From: an uncultured Nitrospinota bacterium
Lineage (GTDB): Bacteria > Tectomicrobia > Entotheonellia > J063 > CAVPRW01
Direction of reading: 5' to 3'
NCBI GenBank assembly: GCA_963707985.1
Contig: CAVPRW010000016.1
Coordinates: forward strand, 1 to 64,000
Length of the DNA: 64,000 nucleotides
Made by a program: the position numbers and the translations under genes. The notes under the pieces were generated by a model. The model searched no databases. It had not been told where the DNA came from and worked only from the letters and a program-made list of their open reading frames with translations. Positions 44,185 through 55,182 of the stretch are shown piece by piece. Position 1 is the stretch's first letter. Every line of letters begins with the position of its first letter.

Positions 44185-44868
44185 CTACCTCCCACCCATT
44201 TGTGGTGCCTCGTCATTGAGCCAGCCCTGTTGCCCGATGAGCGGGACGAACCGGCATCCTCCCAGACGTTCGACCCGTGGTCCCGTGCTCATCGCCGTTA
44301 AACGCATGAGCGTTTGCTCATGCCGATCTCCCACCGGAACGATCAGTCGTCCACCTGGCTTCAGTTGGTCGATCAATGCCGGTGGCACTTGTGGGGACGC
44401 GGCGGTCACGATTATGGCATCGTAGGGCCCATGCTCCGGCAGGCCCAAGCTCCCATCTCCCACGAGGACGTGGACGTTCATTATCCCAGCCATGGCCAGG
44501 GTAGCACGGGCTTGGACAGCCAACTCGGGGATGCGTTCGATCGAGAACACCACGAGCGCGAGACGGGCTAGGATCGCTGCCTGATAACCGGAGCCTGTGC
44601 CGATCTCCAGGACACGCTCATGGCCATGTAACTGCAACGCCGCAGTCATCATCGCTACCATCAACGGCTGTGAGATCGTCTGCTCATAACCAATCGACAG
44701 GGGCATGTCCTCGTAGGCCATGGCACGATGGCGTGCCGGCACAAAGAGGTGTCGTGGGATGTCACGCATCGCTTGGAGTACGCGTGGATCCTCGATGCCA
44801 CGCTGGCTCAGTTGCTGTGCCACCATGTTGTGACGGAGCTGAGTGCTGTCATCCACCATAGCCATCAC
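44185..44868 (-). CDS. pcm: Protein-L-isoaspartate O-methyltransferase
   Basis: QTISQP, VLEIGTGSGYQAA, GDGSLG, CRFVPL. Confidence 0.95.
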   Translation of the reverse strand: MMAMVDDSTQLRHNMVAQQLSQRGIEDPRVLQAMRDIPRHLFVPARHRAMAYEDMPLSIGYEQTISQPLMVAMMTAALQLHGHERVLEIGTGSGYQAAILARLALVVFSIERIPELAVQARATLAMAGIMNVHVLVGDGSLGLPEHGPYDAIIVTAASPQVPPALIDQLKPGGRLIVPVGDRHEQTLMRLTAMSTGPRVERLGGCRFVPLIGQQGWLNDEAPQMGGR

Positions 44869-45099
44869 TCATACGATACTCATACGAGGCGAGACACGCC
44901 GAGACTACAGAGGTAATTTTACCTGTGCGTCGTTTAAGATAGCAGAATCATCACCGGTCGCCAAGACGTGTGAGCCGGGTGGAACGGAAGAATGATACAG
45001 CGGGCATTCTGTATGCTGGGCAGGGGGGAGGGTCTACCAATCCTCTGTCAGCACGGCACTCATTGGCGGGTGGTGAGATACCTCCGGAAGGAGGATGTA

Positions 45100-45693
45100 G
45101 TGATTTGCCTGGCATTCGTGGTGGGGCTGGTCGTCTGTGGGATCGTGTGTCGTGTCGCGCGTGCAGCCAGCGACAATCCCATGCAGTTCCACCTCATGCC
45201 GGCGGAAAGCCGCGTCTGGTTCGATGCGGATGCGCGCCTACACAGTTTCCGTGGAGAAACGCAACAGCTCACAGGTCGATTCACCATCCAAAGCCGCTCT
45301 CCACCTCAGCTCGCCGATGCCTCCGTGACCATTGGTGCGGCAAGCCTGGCTACGGGTCACCCCGAGCGGGATGCCGACATGCGCCGAGACTTCCTCGAAG
45401 TGGACCGCTTCCCGACCATCGAGTTTCGTGTGGACAAGCTGCTGACCCCGCAAGCTGCAGCGGAGGATGGGACCTGGGACCTGGTGCTGCAAGGAAAGCT
45501 CACGGTGCATGGGGTCACCCGCGATGTCAAGGTGCCGACAACCATCAGTATTGCCGACGGGCGCGTCACAGGTCGGGGACGAATCCACCTGGACATGCAG
45601 GAATACAACATTCGTGTGCCGCGGTTATGGCTCATCCCCATGAAGAGCGAGGTGCTCGTCGGCTTTGAGGTGGTCGCACGGTCGGTTCAATAG
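45100..45693 (+). CDS. YceI-family protein, exported
   Basis: RBS + GTG 45100; signal peptide; ERDADMR..FLEVDRFPTIEF, GKLTVHGVTRDV. Confidence 0.85.
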   Translation: MICLAFVVGLVVCGIVCRVARAASDNPMQFHLMPAESRVWFDADARLHSFRGETQQLTGRFTIQSRSPPQLADASVTIGAASLATGHPERDADMRRDFLEVDRFPTIEFRVDKLLTPQAAAEDGTWDLVLQGKLTVHGVTRDVKVPTTISIADGRVTGRGRIHLDMQEYNIRVPRLWLIPMKSEVLVGFEVVARSVQ

Positions 45694-45697
45694 AGGC

Positions 45698-46246
45698 CTA
45701 GGGCTGCCAAGTCGTCTCGGGTATCTGTGCGCGCTGATTCACGACACGCGCCAACACAAAGAGTAAATCGGACAACCGGTTCAGATAGCGGACAATCTCG
45801 GGGTTGATCTCCTCCTCTCGACTCAACGTCACCACCTGGCGTTCGGCACGCCGGCAGACCGTGCGGGCGAAATGCAGGGCAGCTCCGGGCAACGAGCCGC
45901 TCGGGAGAATGAACTGCGTTAACGCTGGTAACCCTTCGGAATACTGATCGATCCATTCTTCCATGCGGGTCGTCTGCTCCTCGCGGGCACGAGGAATCTC
46001 TTTGCGGGTGGCCGCGCTCAGCGGGGTCGCCAGGTCAGCGCCCAGATCGAAGAGCTCGGTTTGGATGCGCCGCAAGCATTCCAGCACGTCGTCATTCGCC
46101 AGCTGGGCGCAGACCATGCCTAGACAGGCGTTGAGCTCATCCACGGTGCCGTAGGATTCGACGCGGGCCGCATCTTTGTAGACTCGGCCGCCAGCGAACA
46201 AACTGGTTTCCCCTGTATCGCCTGTTTTGGTGTAAATTTTTATCAT
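45698..46246 (-). CDS. Cob(I)alamin adenosyltransferase (PduO type)
   Basis: KIYTKTGDTGET, GTVDELN, RTVCRRAER, YLNRLSD. Confidence 0.93.
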   Translation of the reverse strand: MIKIYTKTGDTGETSLFAGGRVYKDAARVESYGTVDELNACLGMVCAQLANDDVLECLRRIQTELFDLGADLATPLSAATRKEIPRAREEQTTRMEEWIDQYSEGLPALTQFILPSGSLPGAALHFARTVCRRAERQVVTLSREEEINPEIVRYLNRLSDLLFVLARVVNQRAQIPETTWQP

Positions 46247-46649
46247 GAGGCCCTCCCTTGTGGGTCATTCTCTACGATGCATCACCTACCGATGGCCTGC
46301 ACCTTTCCTGGTAGGAATCCTCTGAGTCGCAGTCAACACCTTCTGCCTCAGCGGCCCAGGGACCGTGATAGAGCTCTCTATTGCGGCTTTCCCTTGCCAG
46401 GCGCAGGGTAGTATCAGTATAATGCAGCTCTGTATCCGAGCCAATATACGCTACTTCATTACTAAACCGCGGAGTGGCTCTCGGGCGATCTGGCCATGTT
46501 GGCCATCGCGCAGCGGTGGCCGCATGAATCAAGGTGGCTCCGATTATAACGCGTTTTGCAGGGAATGTTGACAGCAGGCCACGTGACGGTGATGCGCCAT
46601 GGAAACCACGGCGAGGATCGTTTCATGACGAGACAAGGGGAGGATACTC

Positions 46650-47225
46650 ATGGCATACTCTGCCAGAAGCTGGACGCTTGATTTGAAAGGCCTCAGCAAG
46701 GATCAGCTCGACGTGCATTTCGCCCTGTACCAAGGCTATGTGACGAATACCAACCGCCTGAACGACACCATCGCCCAGATGATCAAGGATGGTAAGAATA
46801 ATACTCCCGACTGTGCCGAATTGAAGCGCCGCCTGGGCTTTGAGTATAACGGCATGGTCCTGCACGAATACTATTTTGATAACCTGCAATCGACCGCCCC
46901 CTTGAGCAAAGATGGTGCGTTGTACAAGAAGCTCCAGGAATGCTATGGCAGTTACGAAACCTGGGAGTCGGATTTCAAAAACACCGGGCTCATGCGCGGT
47001 ATCGGCTGGGCGATCATGTTTCAGGATCCCAACACCAAAGCCCTGTCCAATCACTGGGTTGGCGATCACGAGGTCGGACACATCGCTGGCTTTAAGCCGG
47101 TGTTGATCATGGATGTGTGGGAACATGCCTACACCGTCGATTTCAAGGCGACCGAACGCGCAAAGTATATCGATGCGTTCATGGGCAATATCAATTGGGA
47201 CACGGTGTCCAAGCGCTTTGGCTGA
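46650..47225 (+). CDS. Fe/Mn superoxide dismutase-family protein
   Basis: VHFALYQGYV, NGMVLHEYYF, MDVWEHAY. Confidence 0.88.
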   Translation: MAYSARSWTLDLKGLSKDQLDVHFALYQGYVTNTNRLNDTIAQMIKDGKNNTPDCAELKRRLGFEYNGMVLHEYYFDNLQSTAPLSKDGALYKKLQECYGSYETWESDFKNTGLMRGIGWAIMFQDPNTKALSNHWVGDHEVGHIAGFKPVLIMDVWEHAYTVDFKATERAKYIDAFMGNINWDTVSKRFG

Positions 47226-47234
47226 GCGTGAACG

Positions 47235-47329
47235 GGGTGGGTCGTAACCCACCCTCTGCCTGAGAGCTCTCGTGGAGCCTCGGGCAGAGCGACGTCGGTT
47301 GGAGACATAACCAAGGGAGGAGAGACAGT
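47235..47329 (+). promoter_or_regulatory. Structured rpsB leader (two hairpins)
   Basis: GGGTGGGT/ACCCACCC (47235-47254); CTCTGCCTGAG/CTCGGGCAGAG (47254-47289); GGAGG RBS. Confidence 0.45.
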
Positions 47330-48157
47330 GTGGCGACCGTAACCTTGCGGCAGTTGCTGGAAGCTGGGACGCATTTTGGGCACCAGACGCGGCGCTGGAA
47401 CCCCAAGATGAAGCGGTATATCTACGGCGCGCGCAACGGCATCTACATTATCGACCTGCAAAAGACCCTGCGGCAATTGCGCCAGGCCGCCGGTGTCGTG
47501 CGGCGCCTAGCCGCCGATGGGGGGACTTTTCTGTTCGTCGGCACCAAGCACCAGGCCCAGGAAGCCGTCACCGAGGAGGCCCAGCGGTGTGGCATGTTTT
47601 ATGTGACCGAACGCTGGTTGGGCGGTATGCTCACGAATTTCGCCACCATCCGTCAGCGCATCCAGCGACTGCAGGAATTGGAGCACATGGAAGCAGAGGG
47701 CCAGCTCGAGCTGCGCCCCAAGAAAGAAGCCATGCAGTTGCGCAAGGAGCGGCAGAAGCTCGAGCGTTTCCTGCTAGGCATCAAGACGATGGACCGCTTG
47801 CCGGATGCCCTCTTCGCCGTTGATACCCGCAAGGAACGGATTGCCCTCCGTGAGGCCAGACGCTTGGGCATCCCCACCATTGCCATTGTGGATACGAATT
47901 GCGACCCGGGGGATGTCGATTACGTCATTCCAGGCAATGACGAAGCCATCCGTTCGATTCGGTTGATTACGGGAACGCTCGCCGATGCCATTCTGGAAGG
48001 TGGAAAGGCCCATGAACCCGAGCTGATCGGCGTGAACCGACGCTCACAAGCCGCCGAGGCCCAGGCGCAGCTGACTCAGGAGGGGAGCTATCTGGGAGGT
48101 GAGGTGGCCGATGTCGCTACGGAGTCCGTCGGTGAGGACTCCAGCAACGTGTCATAA
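47330..48157 (+). CDS. rpsB: 30S ribosomal protein S2
   Basis: [41 protein letters not shown]. Confidence 0.97.
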   Translation: MATVTLRQLLEAGTHFGHQTRRWNPKMKRYIYGARNGIYIIDLQKTLRQLRQAAGVVRRLAADGGTFLFVGTKHQAQEAVTEEAQRCGMFYVTERWLGGMLTNFATIRQRIQRLQELEHMEAEGQLELRPKKEAMQLRKERQKLERFLLGIKTMDRLPDALFAVDTRKERIALREARRLGIPTIAIVDTNCDPGDVDYVIPGNDEAIRSIRLITGTLADAILEGGKAHEPELIGVNRRSQAAEAQAQLTQEGSYLGGEVADVATESVGEDSSNVS

Positions 48158-48264
48158 AGCAGGGGCAAGGCCTGTGAGAGCTCCTGCCCCTGAAGGTGTG
48201 CCGCAAACGCTGCACCGATGCATGCCGCTGGGGAGGCATCGTCTGCTCCCCGCGCCAAAGACGG

Positions 48265-49434
48265 CTATGAAGACACAGGAGCAGTGCTTGCGCCCTCGCG
48301 CTTGCCGAAAAACGCCTGCAAGGCTTGGTAGACGTCTTCTTTCTGCTTGATGGCGGTCGTGACAAAACGCGGATGGGTGATGCCGCTGAGCTCTTGGTGC
48401 AAAGTGCTCCATGCCGGATTGAAGGACTTCACCCAACCGTAGAAGGTGGCTTCATCGCGATAGCGGATTTCGCCATAACCTACCATGGTGGTGTGGTCAA
48501 GAAGCTCAGTGACCAGCTCCTGACAACGTCGATTGTCTTCCTCCCAGTTATCACCATCGGAGAAGTGAAACACGTAATTATTCCACTGCGACTTAGGGTG
48601 GGTCTTCTGGATATGCTCCAACGCCACGCGATAAGCGGAAGAGCACAGCGTGCCGCCGCTGTTGCTGATGGTGAAAAAATCGTGCTCGGGGACGATCTGG
48701 GCCTCGGTGTCGTGGGCAATGAATATGGTATCCACGGTTTTATATTTGAGGCGAAGGAAGCGGACCAGCCAAAAGAAAAAGCTCTTGGCGATATACTTCT
48801 TTTCGGTGGTCATCGAGCCACTACGATCCATCAAGAGATACACCGCCGCGTTGGAGTGATACTCCTCGCGCGCGCTCCATACCTTGAAACGCAGGTCGGC
48901 GTCGCGAAACGCCCCGACCTTCGGTTCTCTATGGGCGGCATGGCGTTTGAGGTTTTCGAGCAAGGTGCGCTTCTTGTCGATATTGGCCATCGAGCCTTTC
49001 CGCCGCACCTCGTCGAAGGTGTAGGTGGTAGTGGTGATCTCCTGCTGATCTTTCTCCTCGAGCCACGGCAGCGCCAGGTCCTCTAACATCATGCGCGTCA
49101 GCTCTTCTACCGAGATTTCGGCCTCATAGACCTGCTCGCCCGGCTGATCTCCCGGCTGCTCGCTGCCGTCACCGCGTTCGCTATCGCGCGCAATGACATC
49201 ACCCACGTGGCCCTTCCCCTGTCCAGTCCCACTCCCCATCTGGCCAAAGCGGAAGCGGTACTGATCGAGGTAGCGCAGGGGGATTTTCACCAGCTTCCGA
49301 CCGTCGGAGGTGATGATATTCTCCTCGGCGATGAGCTCCTTGAGGTTTTTGCGAATGGCCTCCTTGACGCGCTTGTCGTGGCGGATGCTATCTTTGAGGG
49401 CCCGCCGCCTCAGGTCCCACGGGATTTCTGACAT
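48265..49434 (-). CDS. yeaH: YeaH/YhbH-family vWA protein
   Basis: LMDRSGSM, FIAHDTEA, SGGT, HFSDGDNW; downstream of prkA. Confidence 0.9.
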   Translation of the reverse strand: MSEIPWDLRRRALKDSIRHDKRVKEAIRKNLKELIAEENIITSDGRKLVKIPLRYLDQYRFRFGQMGSGTGQGKGHVGDVIARDSERGDGSEQPGDQPGEQVYEAEISVEELTRMMLEDLALPWLEEKDQQEITTTTYTFDEVRRKGSMANIDKKRTLLENLKRHAAHREPKVGAFRDADLRFKVWSAREEYHSNAAVYLLMDRSGSMTTEKKYIAKSFFFWLVRFLRLKYKTVDTIFIAHDTEAQIVPEHDFFTISNSGGTLCSSAYRVALEHIQKTHPKSQWNNYVFHFSDGDNWEEDNRRCQELVTELLDHTTMVGYGEIRYRDEATFYGWVKSFNPAWSTLHQELSGITHPRFVTTAIKQKEDVYQALQAFFGKREGASTAPVSS

Positions 49435-49436
49435 GG

Positions 49437-51341
49437 TTACTTCTCCCGCGCCAGCAAGCTACTCACGTATTTCAGCAGCTCGTTGGCACATTCGGCGCAA
49501 TAGCTCTCCTTGCGCACGAGGGTGTCGACCACCTCGTTGATCTTGCGGAGTTGATCCTGATCCGGATTACGCGTCGACACGGTCAACTTGATCGTATCCC
49601 GCCGTTCCTCGAAGAGCTGTTTTTCGATGGCTTCTTTCAGTTTTTCATGCGTCGTGTAGTCGAAGTGTTCGCCGCGCCGCTGGGCCATCGCCACCTTGCG
49701 AAAGATCTCGTTGCGGAAGGCGTCTTTGCCGCTTTCGGGAACTTTCACCTTGTCCTCGATGGAGCGCATCAGCTTCTCATCGGGCTCGCGCTCTTCCTCC
49801 GTCAGGGGATCGATGAGTTTCTTGTCGTCGAGATAGGCCTCGACGTTGTCGAGATAATTGTCGAGCAAGGTCAAGGCTTCCTGCTCGAAGGACACAAAAA
49901 AGGCCTTCTGCACGTCGTTCCTGGCGATTTCGTCGTATTCGCGGCGCACGTCGGCGATCAAATTATCGAGCTTCTCCCGGTCCTCACGCTTGAACGCGCT
50001 GTACGTATCGAAGCCATCCTTGATGGCGCGTAAGACGTCGATGGGATTGATGCACTTGGTATTGGGCCGGATCAGCGAGGAGGAGATGCGGTTGATGACA
50101 AAGCGCGGCGAGATGCCATCCATGCCCTCGCGCTCGGTCTGGGCTTTGATCAGCTTGATGTCCTTTTGCCGGAAGCCCTCGACCTCCTGCCCATCGTACA
50201 GGCGCATTTTCTTGACCAGCGTCAGCCCCGCCATCTTCGGCTCTTCCAGGCGCGACAGGACGGCGAACATGGCGGCCACCTCCAGCGCATGCGGCGCGAT
50301 GTGAATCGTGCCGAGGCTGGCCCGTTTCAAGAGCTTCTCATAGATGTTCACCTCCGCGGAGGCGCGCAGATTGTAGGGCATCTGCACCATGATCATGCGA
50401 TCCTGCAGCGCTTCGGATTTCTTGTCGGCCAGAAATTCTTTGAACTCGGCCTCGTTGGTGTGGGCGATGACGAACTCATCGGCATAGATCAGCGAGAAGC
50501 GGCCGGTCTTGATGTTCTTCTCCTGGGTGAGCGTGAGGAGGATATAGAGAAAGCGCTCGTCGGCCTTGAGCATCTCGATGAACTCGATCATGCCGCGGTT
50601 GGCGATGTTGAGCTCGCCGTCGAAGCGATACGCCCGCGGGTCGGATTCCGCGCCGAATTCGCCGACGGTGGCCAGATCGATGCTGCCCACCAGCTCGGAG
50701 ATGTCCTGACTTTTGGGATCCGACGGCACGAAGGTGCCGATGGCCGTCCGATCCTTTTCCGAAAAGAAGATGCGCTGGACCGGCACGCGGTAGATGTCCT
50801 TGTCGTATTTGTCCCGGAGATTGAGGGCACACATCGGACACAGCTCGCCCTCGATGTAGATGCCATAGTCATCCAGGAGGTCCTGCCGCAGCGGGTGCGG
50901 GATGAGATGCAGGGGATTTTCATGCTGTGGACAATCGCGTGATGGCATAGACGGCGCCAGCCTCGTGTGGGTGAATTCCTCCAGGCCACGTTTGAGCAAA
51001 ATGACCAGCTGACTCTTCCCTGAAGACGGCGGCCCATAGAGCATTAAGATGCGCTTCCCGACCTCAGACCCCATGGCAGCTGCTTTGAGGTATTCCACCA
51101 CTTTCGCCAGCGCGTCGTCAATCCCAAAGAGTTCCCGTGCGAAGAAGTGGAAGCGTTCATTCCCCTGGTCGTCTATGTCCACACCGTAGGAGCGGACCAT
51201 ATCGTAGATGCGAGCATGGGCCAGTTGCGCGAGCTTGGGGTTCTCAAGCACCATCGGGAGATAGTCGCGGAAAGTGCCTTCCCAATGACTCACACGAAAT
51301 TTCTGGGTGTGTTCATCGATCTTTCTGAAGATGTCGTCCAT
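49437..51341 (-). CDS. prkA: PrkA/YeaG-family AAA serine kinase
   Basis: GPPSSGKS, SDPRAYRFDGELNIANRG, IAHTNE, EALQDR, GMDGISPR. Confidence 0.93.
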   Translation of the reverse strand: MDDIFRKIDEHTQKFRVSHWEGTFRDYLPMVLENPKLAQLAHARIYDMVRSYGVDIDDQGNERFHFFARELFGIDDALAKVVEYLKAAAMGSEVGKRILMLYGPPSSGKSQLVILLKRGLEEFTHTRLAPSMPSRDCPQHENPLHLIPHPLRQDLLDDYGIYIEGELCPMCALNLRDKYDKDIYRVPVQRIFFSEKDRTAIGTFVPSDPKSQDISELVGSIDLATVGEFGAESDPRAYRFDGELNIANRGMIEFIEMLKADERFLYILLTLTQEKNIKTGRFSLIYADEFVIAHTNEAEFKEFLADKKSEALQDRMIMVQMPYNLRASAEVNIYEKLLKRASLGTIHIAPHALEVAAMFAVLSRLEEPKMAGLTLVKKMRLYDGQEVEGFRQKDIKLIKAQTEREGMDGISPRFVINRISSSLIRPNTKCINPIDVLRAIKDGFDTYSAFKREDREKLDNLIADVRREYDEIARNDVQKAFFVSFEQEALTLLDNYLDNVEAYLDDKKLIDPLTEEEREPDEKLMRSIEDKVKVPESGKDAFRNEIFRKVAMAQRRGEHFDYTTHEKLKEAIEKQLFEERRDTIKLTVSTRNPDQDQLRKINEVVDTLVRKESYCAECANELLKYVSSLLAREK

Positions 51342-51897
51342 CGACTCCCTCCTCGCCGCGTCTCCCGGCCCAGCGGGCGATGAGCCCCGCAGGCTTGCCT
51401 GGTGCCAACTCGAGCACCACAGTCCGTAAAACCGTAATTTTACAGACGATCGGGAGATATTGTATTATCTATCACTCTAAGGTCTCAACACACCCATGTC
51501 AAGGACATTCGGTGCTTTGAGGACGGCTTCTGACGTGGATATGACAGACGAAACTGTCGTGACGATTTATGAGGTAAACCTCCTTACTGGCCTCATGGTG
51601 CCGTCCGTAAAGGGATGATGATACAATATAGATAATGAAGATCAACAACATAGATATGATCCGATCAATGAGAATCAGCAATACTTTAACAGTGTGCTGG
51701 TAAGTCGGCACGATCCGGATTGGTATAGCTCAATGGCCGCGCCTGGGACTTGACGATCCGAGGCAAGTTGGCGAATAATGCAGGGCTCGTGAGGTCTGAT
51801 GTTCGTGCCCGGTAGTCGCCCTAGCCCGACGACGATGGGCGCGTGGTACAAAACTGCCTTGCCGATGCCGGTGAAGACCCGATGCTGCGGAGTGTTT

Positions 51898-52449
51898 ATG
51901 TGGCGTGAGGCAATTCAGCGGGTGCTCATCTCGGAAGCCGAGCTGAGCTGTCGTATTCAGGCCCTTGGCAGAGCTATTGCCATGGACTATCAGGGCAGAG
52001 AGCTCGTGTTCGTCGCTGTGCTCAAGGGCGCACTGATATTCAGCGCCGACCTGGCACGGGCGGTCGACTTACCGCTGACGATCGATTATATCGCCCTTTC
52101 CAGCTACGGCAATCGCCATATGTCGTCGGGTCGGGTCCGCATCCTCAAAGATCTGTCCGAAAGCATTACCAACAAGCACGTGTTGATTGTCGAAGACATT
52201 GTCGATACGGGCCTTAGCCTCGCATACCTCCGCAACCACCTCATATCTCACCATCCAGCGGACGTGAACGTCTGTGCTCTCCTCGATAAGCGCGCCCACC
52301 GTCAGGTTGAGGTGCCGATCAAATACACTGGCTTTGACGTGCCGGATGCGTTCGTGGTCGGCTATGGCCTGGATTACCAGCAGCGCTACCGCAACCTCCC
52401 CTTCATCGGTATCCTCCACCCAGAGGTCTTCGCGCCAGCGCCCCGATAG
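51898..52449 (+). CDS. hpt: Hypoxanthine phosphoribosyltransferase
   Basis: VLKGA, VLIVEDIVDTG, FVVGYGLDY, YRNLP. Confidence 0.95.
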   Translation: MWREAIQRVLISEAELSCRIQALGRAIAMDYQGRELVFVAVLKGALIFSADLARAVDLPLTIDYIALSSYGNRHMSSGRVRILKDLSESITNKHVLIVEDIVDTGLSLAYLRNHLISHHPADVNVCALLDKRAHRQVEVPIKYTGFDVPDAFVVGYGLDYQQRYRNLPFIGILHPEVFAPAPR

Positions 52450-52681
52450 GGCTGACGGTGATCGGCAGCCAGCGCCCCGCCAGCCTGGCAGGGGCCAGAT
52501 CGGCCAGGGTCGAAAACCAGTGTCTGACAAGGGCTAAGCGCCTTGACAGGATGTTTACCGGCATGCTATACGAGAATCTGCGCCAGCCATCCTGGCCTTC
52601 TCTCCTTCACACCGCCATAGCCAGGGCGGCGGGCACCGCCTTCAACGCCATCGCGCTAGCAGGCATGGGAGGATCAGCATC

Positions 52682-53119
52682 GTGGTCGAATTCGATCGAA
52701 GTGCCTTGGGAGTGGAGTCCGCTCCGGTGAGCTACGACGTGGAAAAGGGAGCCATTCGCAAGTTTGCTGAGGCAATTGGGGACGAGGATCCCATCTACCT
52801 CGATGAACAGGCCGCGCAGGCCGCTGGCTTCAAAACCATCATCGCGCCACCCACGTTTTTATGTACCTTCCGCGCGCAGGAATTGCCCGATCTGAAGCTC
52901 CAATATGGCCGGGTGCGCCTCAATGGTGGCAACGAATATGAGTATTACCAACCGATCTACGCCGGAGATACCATTACGCTGACCGCCAAATACGCCGACG
53001 TCAGCGAACGCAGCGGTCGCACCGGCAGCATGGTGTTTGTCATCACCGAGCTTACTTTCAAGAACCAACACGGTGAAGTGGTCGCCAAAGGCCGGAATAC
53101 CGGCATCATGCGTGACTAG
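52682..53119 (+). CDS. MaoC-like dehydratase N-terminal-type protein
   Basis: IRKFAEAIGDEDPIY, APPTF, PIYAGD. Confidence 0.88.
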   Translation: MVEFDRSALGVESAPVSYDVEKGAIRKFAEAIGDEDPIYLDEQAAQAAGFKTIIAPPTFLCTFRAQELPDLKLQYGRVRLNGGNEYEYYQPIYAGDTITLTAKYADVSERSGRTGSMVFVITELTFKNQHGEVVAKGRNTGIMRD

Positions 53120-53133
53120 CGAGGATATGACCT

Positions 53134-53571
53134 ATGGCCAAACGACCGGTCTACTACGATGACCTGAACGTTGGGGATGCGCTTCCCATCCTGATGAAGG
53201 AGCCCACTACCAGGCAATTGGTCAAATACGCAGGGGCCTCAGGGGATTATTATGAGATCCATTACGATCATCATTTCGCTGTGAATGCCGGCTTGAAGGA
53301 TGGCGTCATCGTGCATGGGTTGCTCACCGCCGGGTGGCTGGCACAAATGGTAACGGATTGGCTGCCATCGCCGACGGCGCTGAAAAAATTCGGCGTGAGC
53401 TACCGCGCCATGGCGCGGCCGGGTGACACGATTAGCTGTAAGGGTACAATCACTAACAAATACGACAAGGACGGCGAGTACCTCGTCGACTGCGAGATCT
53501 ATGCTGAAAATCAGCGTGGCGAAAAGTGTGCCATCGGTCACGCCACGGCTGCCCTGCCGACGCGCGTCTAG
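53134..53571 (+). CDS. MaoC-family dehydratase
   Basis: YAGASGDYYEIHYD, IVHG. Confidence 0.88.
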   Translation: MAKRPVYYDDLNVGDALPILMKEPTTRQLVKYAGASGDYYEIHYDHHFAVNAGLKDGVIVHGLLTAGWLAQMVTDWLPSPTALKKFGVSYRAMARPGDTISCKGTITNKYDKDGEYLVDCEIYAENQRGEKCAIGHATAALPTRV

Positions 53572-53671
53572 CACCCGTAGCCCGTCTTCCCTCCCCACTC
53601 AGGCCCGTCCTTCCCATCCTCGGAGGATGGGAAGGTCACAGCGCTTTGCCTACAGGTGGAGGCATATCTTG

Positions 53672-54100
53672 ATGCGCAAGGTATGGCCCTATTTGATCAT
53701 TTTGAGTGTGTGTTGGATACCATACCGCATGGCTACGGCGCAGCCAACGTCGATACCAATCGGTCGGTTCCAACTGGTCTCGGTATCAGCCGGCCAGCAA
53801 TCGGGTGTCTTCCTGCTTGACACGGCCACGGGCTGCACCTGGCAGTTGGGTGCCAACCCTGACACCAAGCGCCTCACGTTTATCGAGATGGATGTAGAAA
53901 ATCTGCACTGGAGTTGGGGGAGCGGGGCCCAACAAAAATTAGCCCAGAAAATCGATGAATCCAAGCTCCCCGAGGAACAGAAAGCCCTGCTCAAGCAGGA
54001 GTTACAAAAAACTGCCTGCGGCTGGACACCTGTCGTTCCCATACCATCATCGGCTGGCTCCCCTGCTACTCCAGAAGCGACACCAGCGAGAAAGCGCTAA
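53672..54100 (+). CDS. Secreted hypothetical protein
   Basis: GGAGG RBS, signal peptide, GRFQL...FLLDTATGCTWQL. Confidence 0.65.
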   Translation: MRKVWPYLIILSVCWIPYRMATAQPTSIPIGRFQLVSVSAGQQSGVFLLDTATGCTWQLGANPDTKRLTFIEMDVENLHWSWGSGAQQKLAQKIDESKLPEEQKALLKQELQKTACGWTPVVPIPSSAGSPATPEATPARKR

Positions 54101-54153
54101 GGCCACGCACGTCATGGCGAATGTTTGGCCTTCGACCATTGCCGCCTACGAGG

Positions 54154-54759
54154 CTACAGCAGGTAAGGCGAGGTAAATGTGCTATCGACCACCAGCGTCG
54201 CACCGTGAGCATGAGCTAACAGAGCCACTTGCCCGAGGTCGACCACCTTGAGCAATGGGTTCGAGATCGTCTCCACTAGCACGACTTTCGGGCGCAAGTC
54301 GCGCATGGCGGTCTCGACTTGATTGAGGTCCGTCATGTCCACGAGGCGGACATTCACCCCCTGAGGCGTGAAGATCGTCTTCAACAGGGTCGAGGTGGCG
54401 CCATACAAGTCCTGGGCGGCGACCACGGCGACGTCTGAGACCACCTCGAGTGCCAGCAGCGTGGCATGGATGGCTGCCATCCCGGACGCGTAGGCGACCG
54501 CCGTTTCGCCCCCCTCCAGCGTCGCCACCGCGCACTCCAGCGCGGCCACCGTGGGGTTGCCATAACGCGTGTAAACGTAGCCCGAGCGCTCCCCGCCAAA
54601 AATTGCATCCATGGTCTCGAGAGTATCATAGACAAAGGACGCACTCTGGTAGATGGGCGTATTGACCGGTGTAAAATCCGGCTTTGGGGCGCGTTCCCCA
54701 GCATGTACGGCCTGCGTGGCAAACGCCAACGAGGATTCCATGATTGATCCCGATGCCAC
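54154..54759 (-). pseudogene. Cys/Met PLP-dependent enzyme (MetB/MetZ-like), N-terminal half only
   Basis: PIYQS, YTRYGNPT, ASGMAAI, ETISNP, VDSTFTSP then stop before the PLP lysine. Confidence 0.8.
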
Positions 54760-54762
54760 GAG

Positions 54763-55182
54763 TTATCCCGAGAGCCGTGGAGCCTCGCTCCGTACTTTGA
54801 TGAGCAGGGCTTTTCCATCGGCTATCACGGTGCCATCATCGAGTTTGGCGTGCGAGATCACTTCGAAGCGACTGGATACCTCACGCACAACCTCGGCGTG
54901 AAAAGTCACTCGTTCGCCCACACCGACTGGGCGACGTAAGCGTACCTCCAAGCGGGCGGTCACGGCAGTACTACCGCGGAGCCAAACGGTATTCACCATG
55001 CACTCATCGAGAATCGTAGCCAGAATCCCGCCGTGGGCGATGCCAGCGAATCCTTGAAAGCGCTCGGGAATGACGTAGGTAGTTCGCACCCCAGACACCC
55101 CCTCCGGCTCGAACTCGAGGTGGAGGCCGTCAGGGTTGTGTTTACCGCAGACGAAACAGCGCTGATTATCCTGGAAATCCAT
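54763..55182 (-). CDS. PaaI-family thioesterase
   Basis: CFVCGKHNPDGL, HGGILATILDE. Confidence 0.88.
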   Translation of the reverse strand: MDFQDNQRCFVCGKHNPDGLHLEFEPEGVSGVRTTYVIPERFQGFAGIAHGGILATILDECMVNTVWLRGSTAVTARLEVRLRRPVGVGERVTFHAEVVREVSSRFEVISHAKLDDGTVIADGKALLIKVRSEAPRLSG

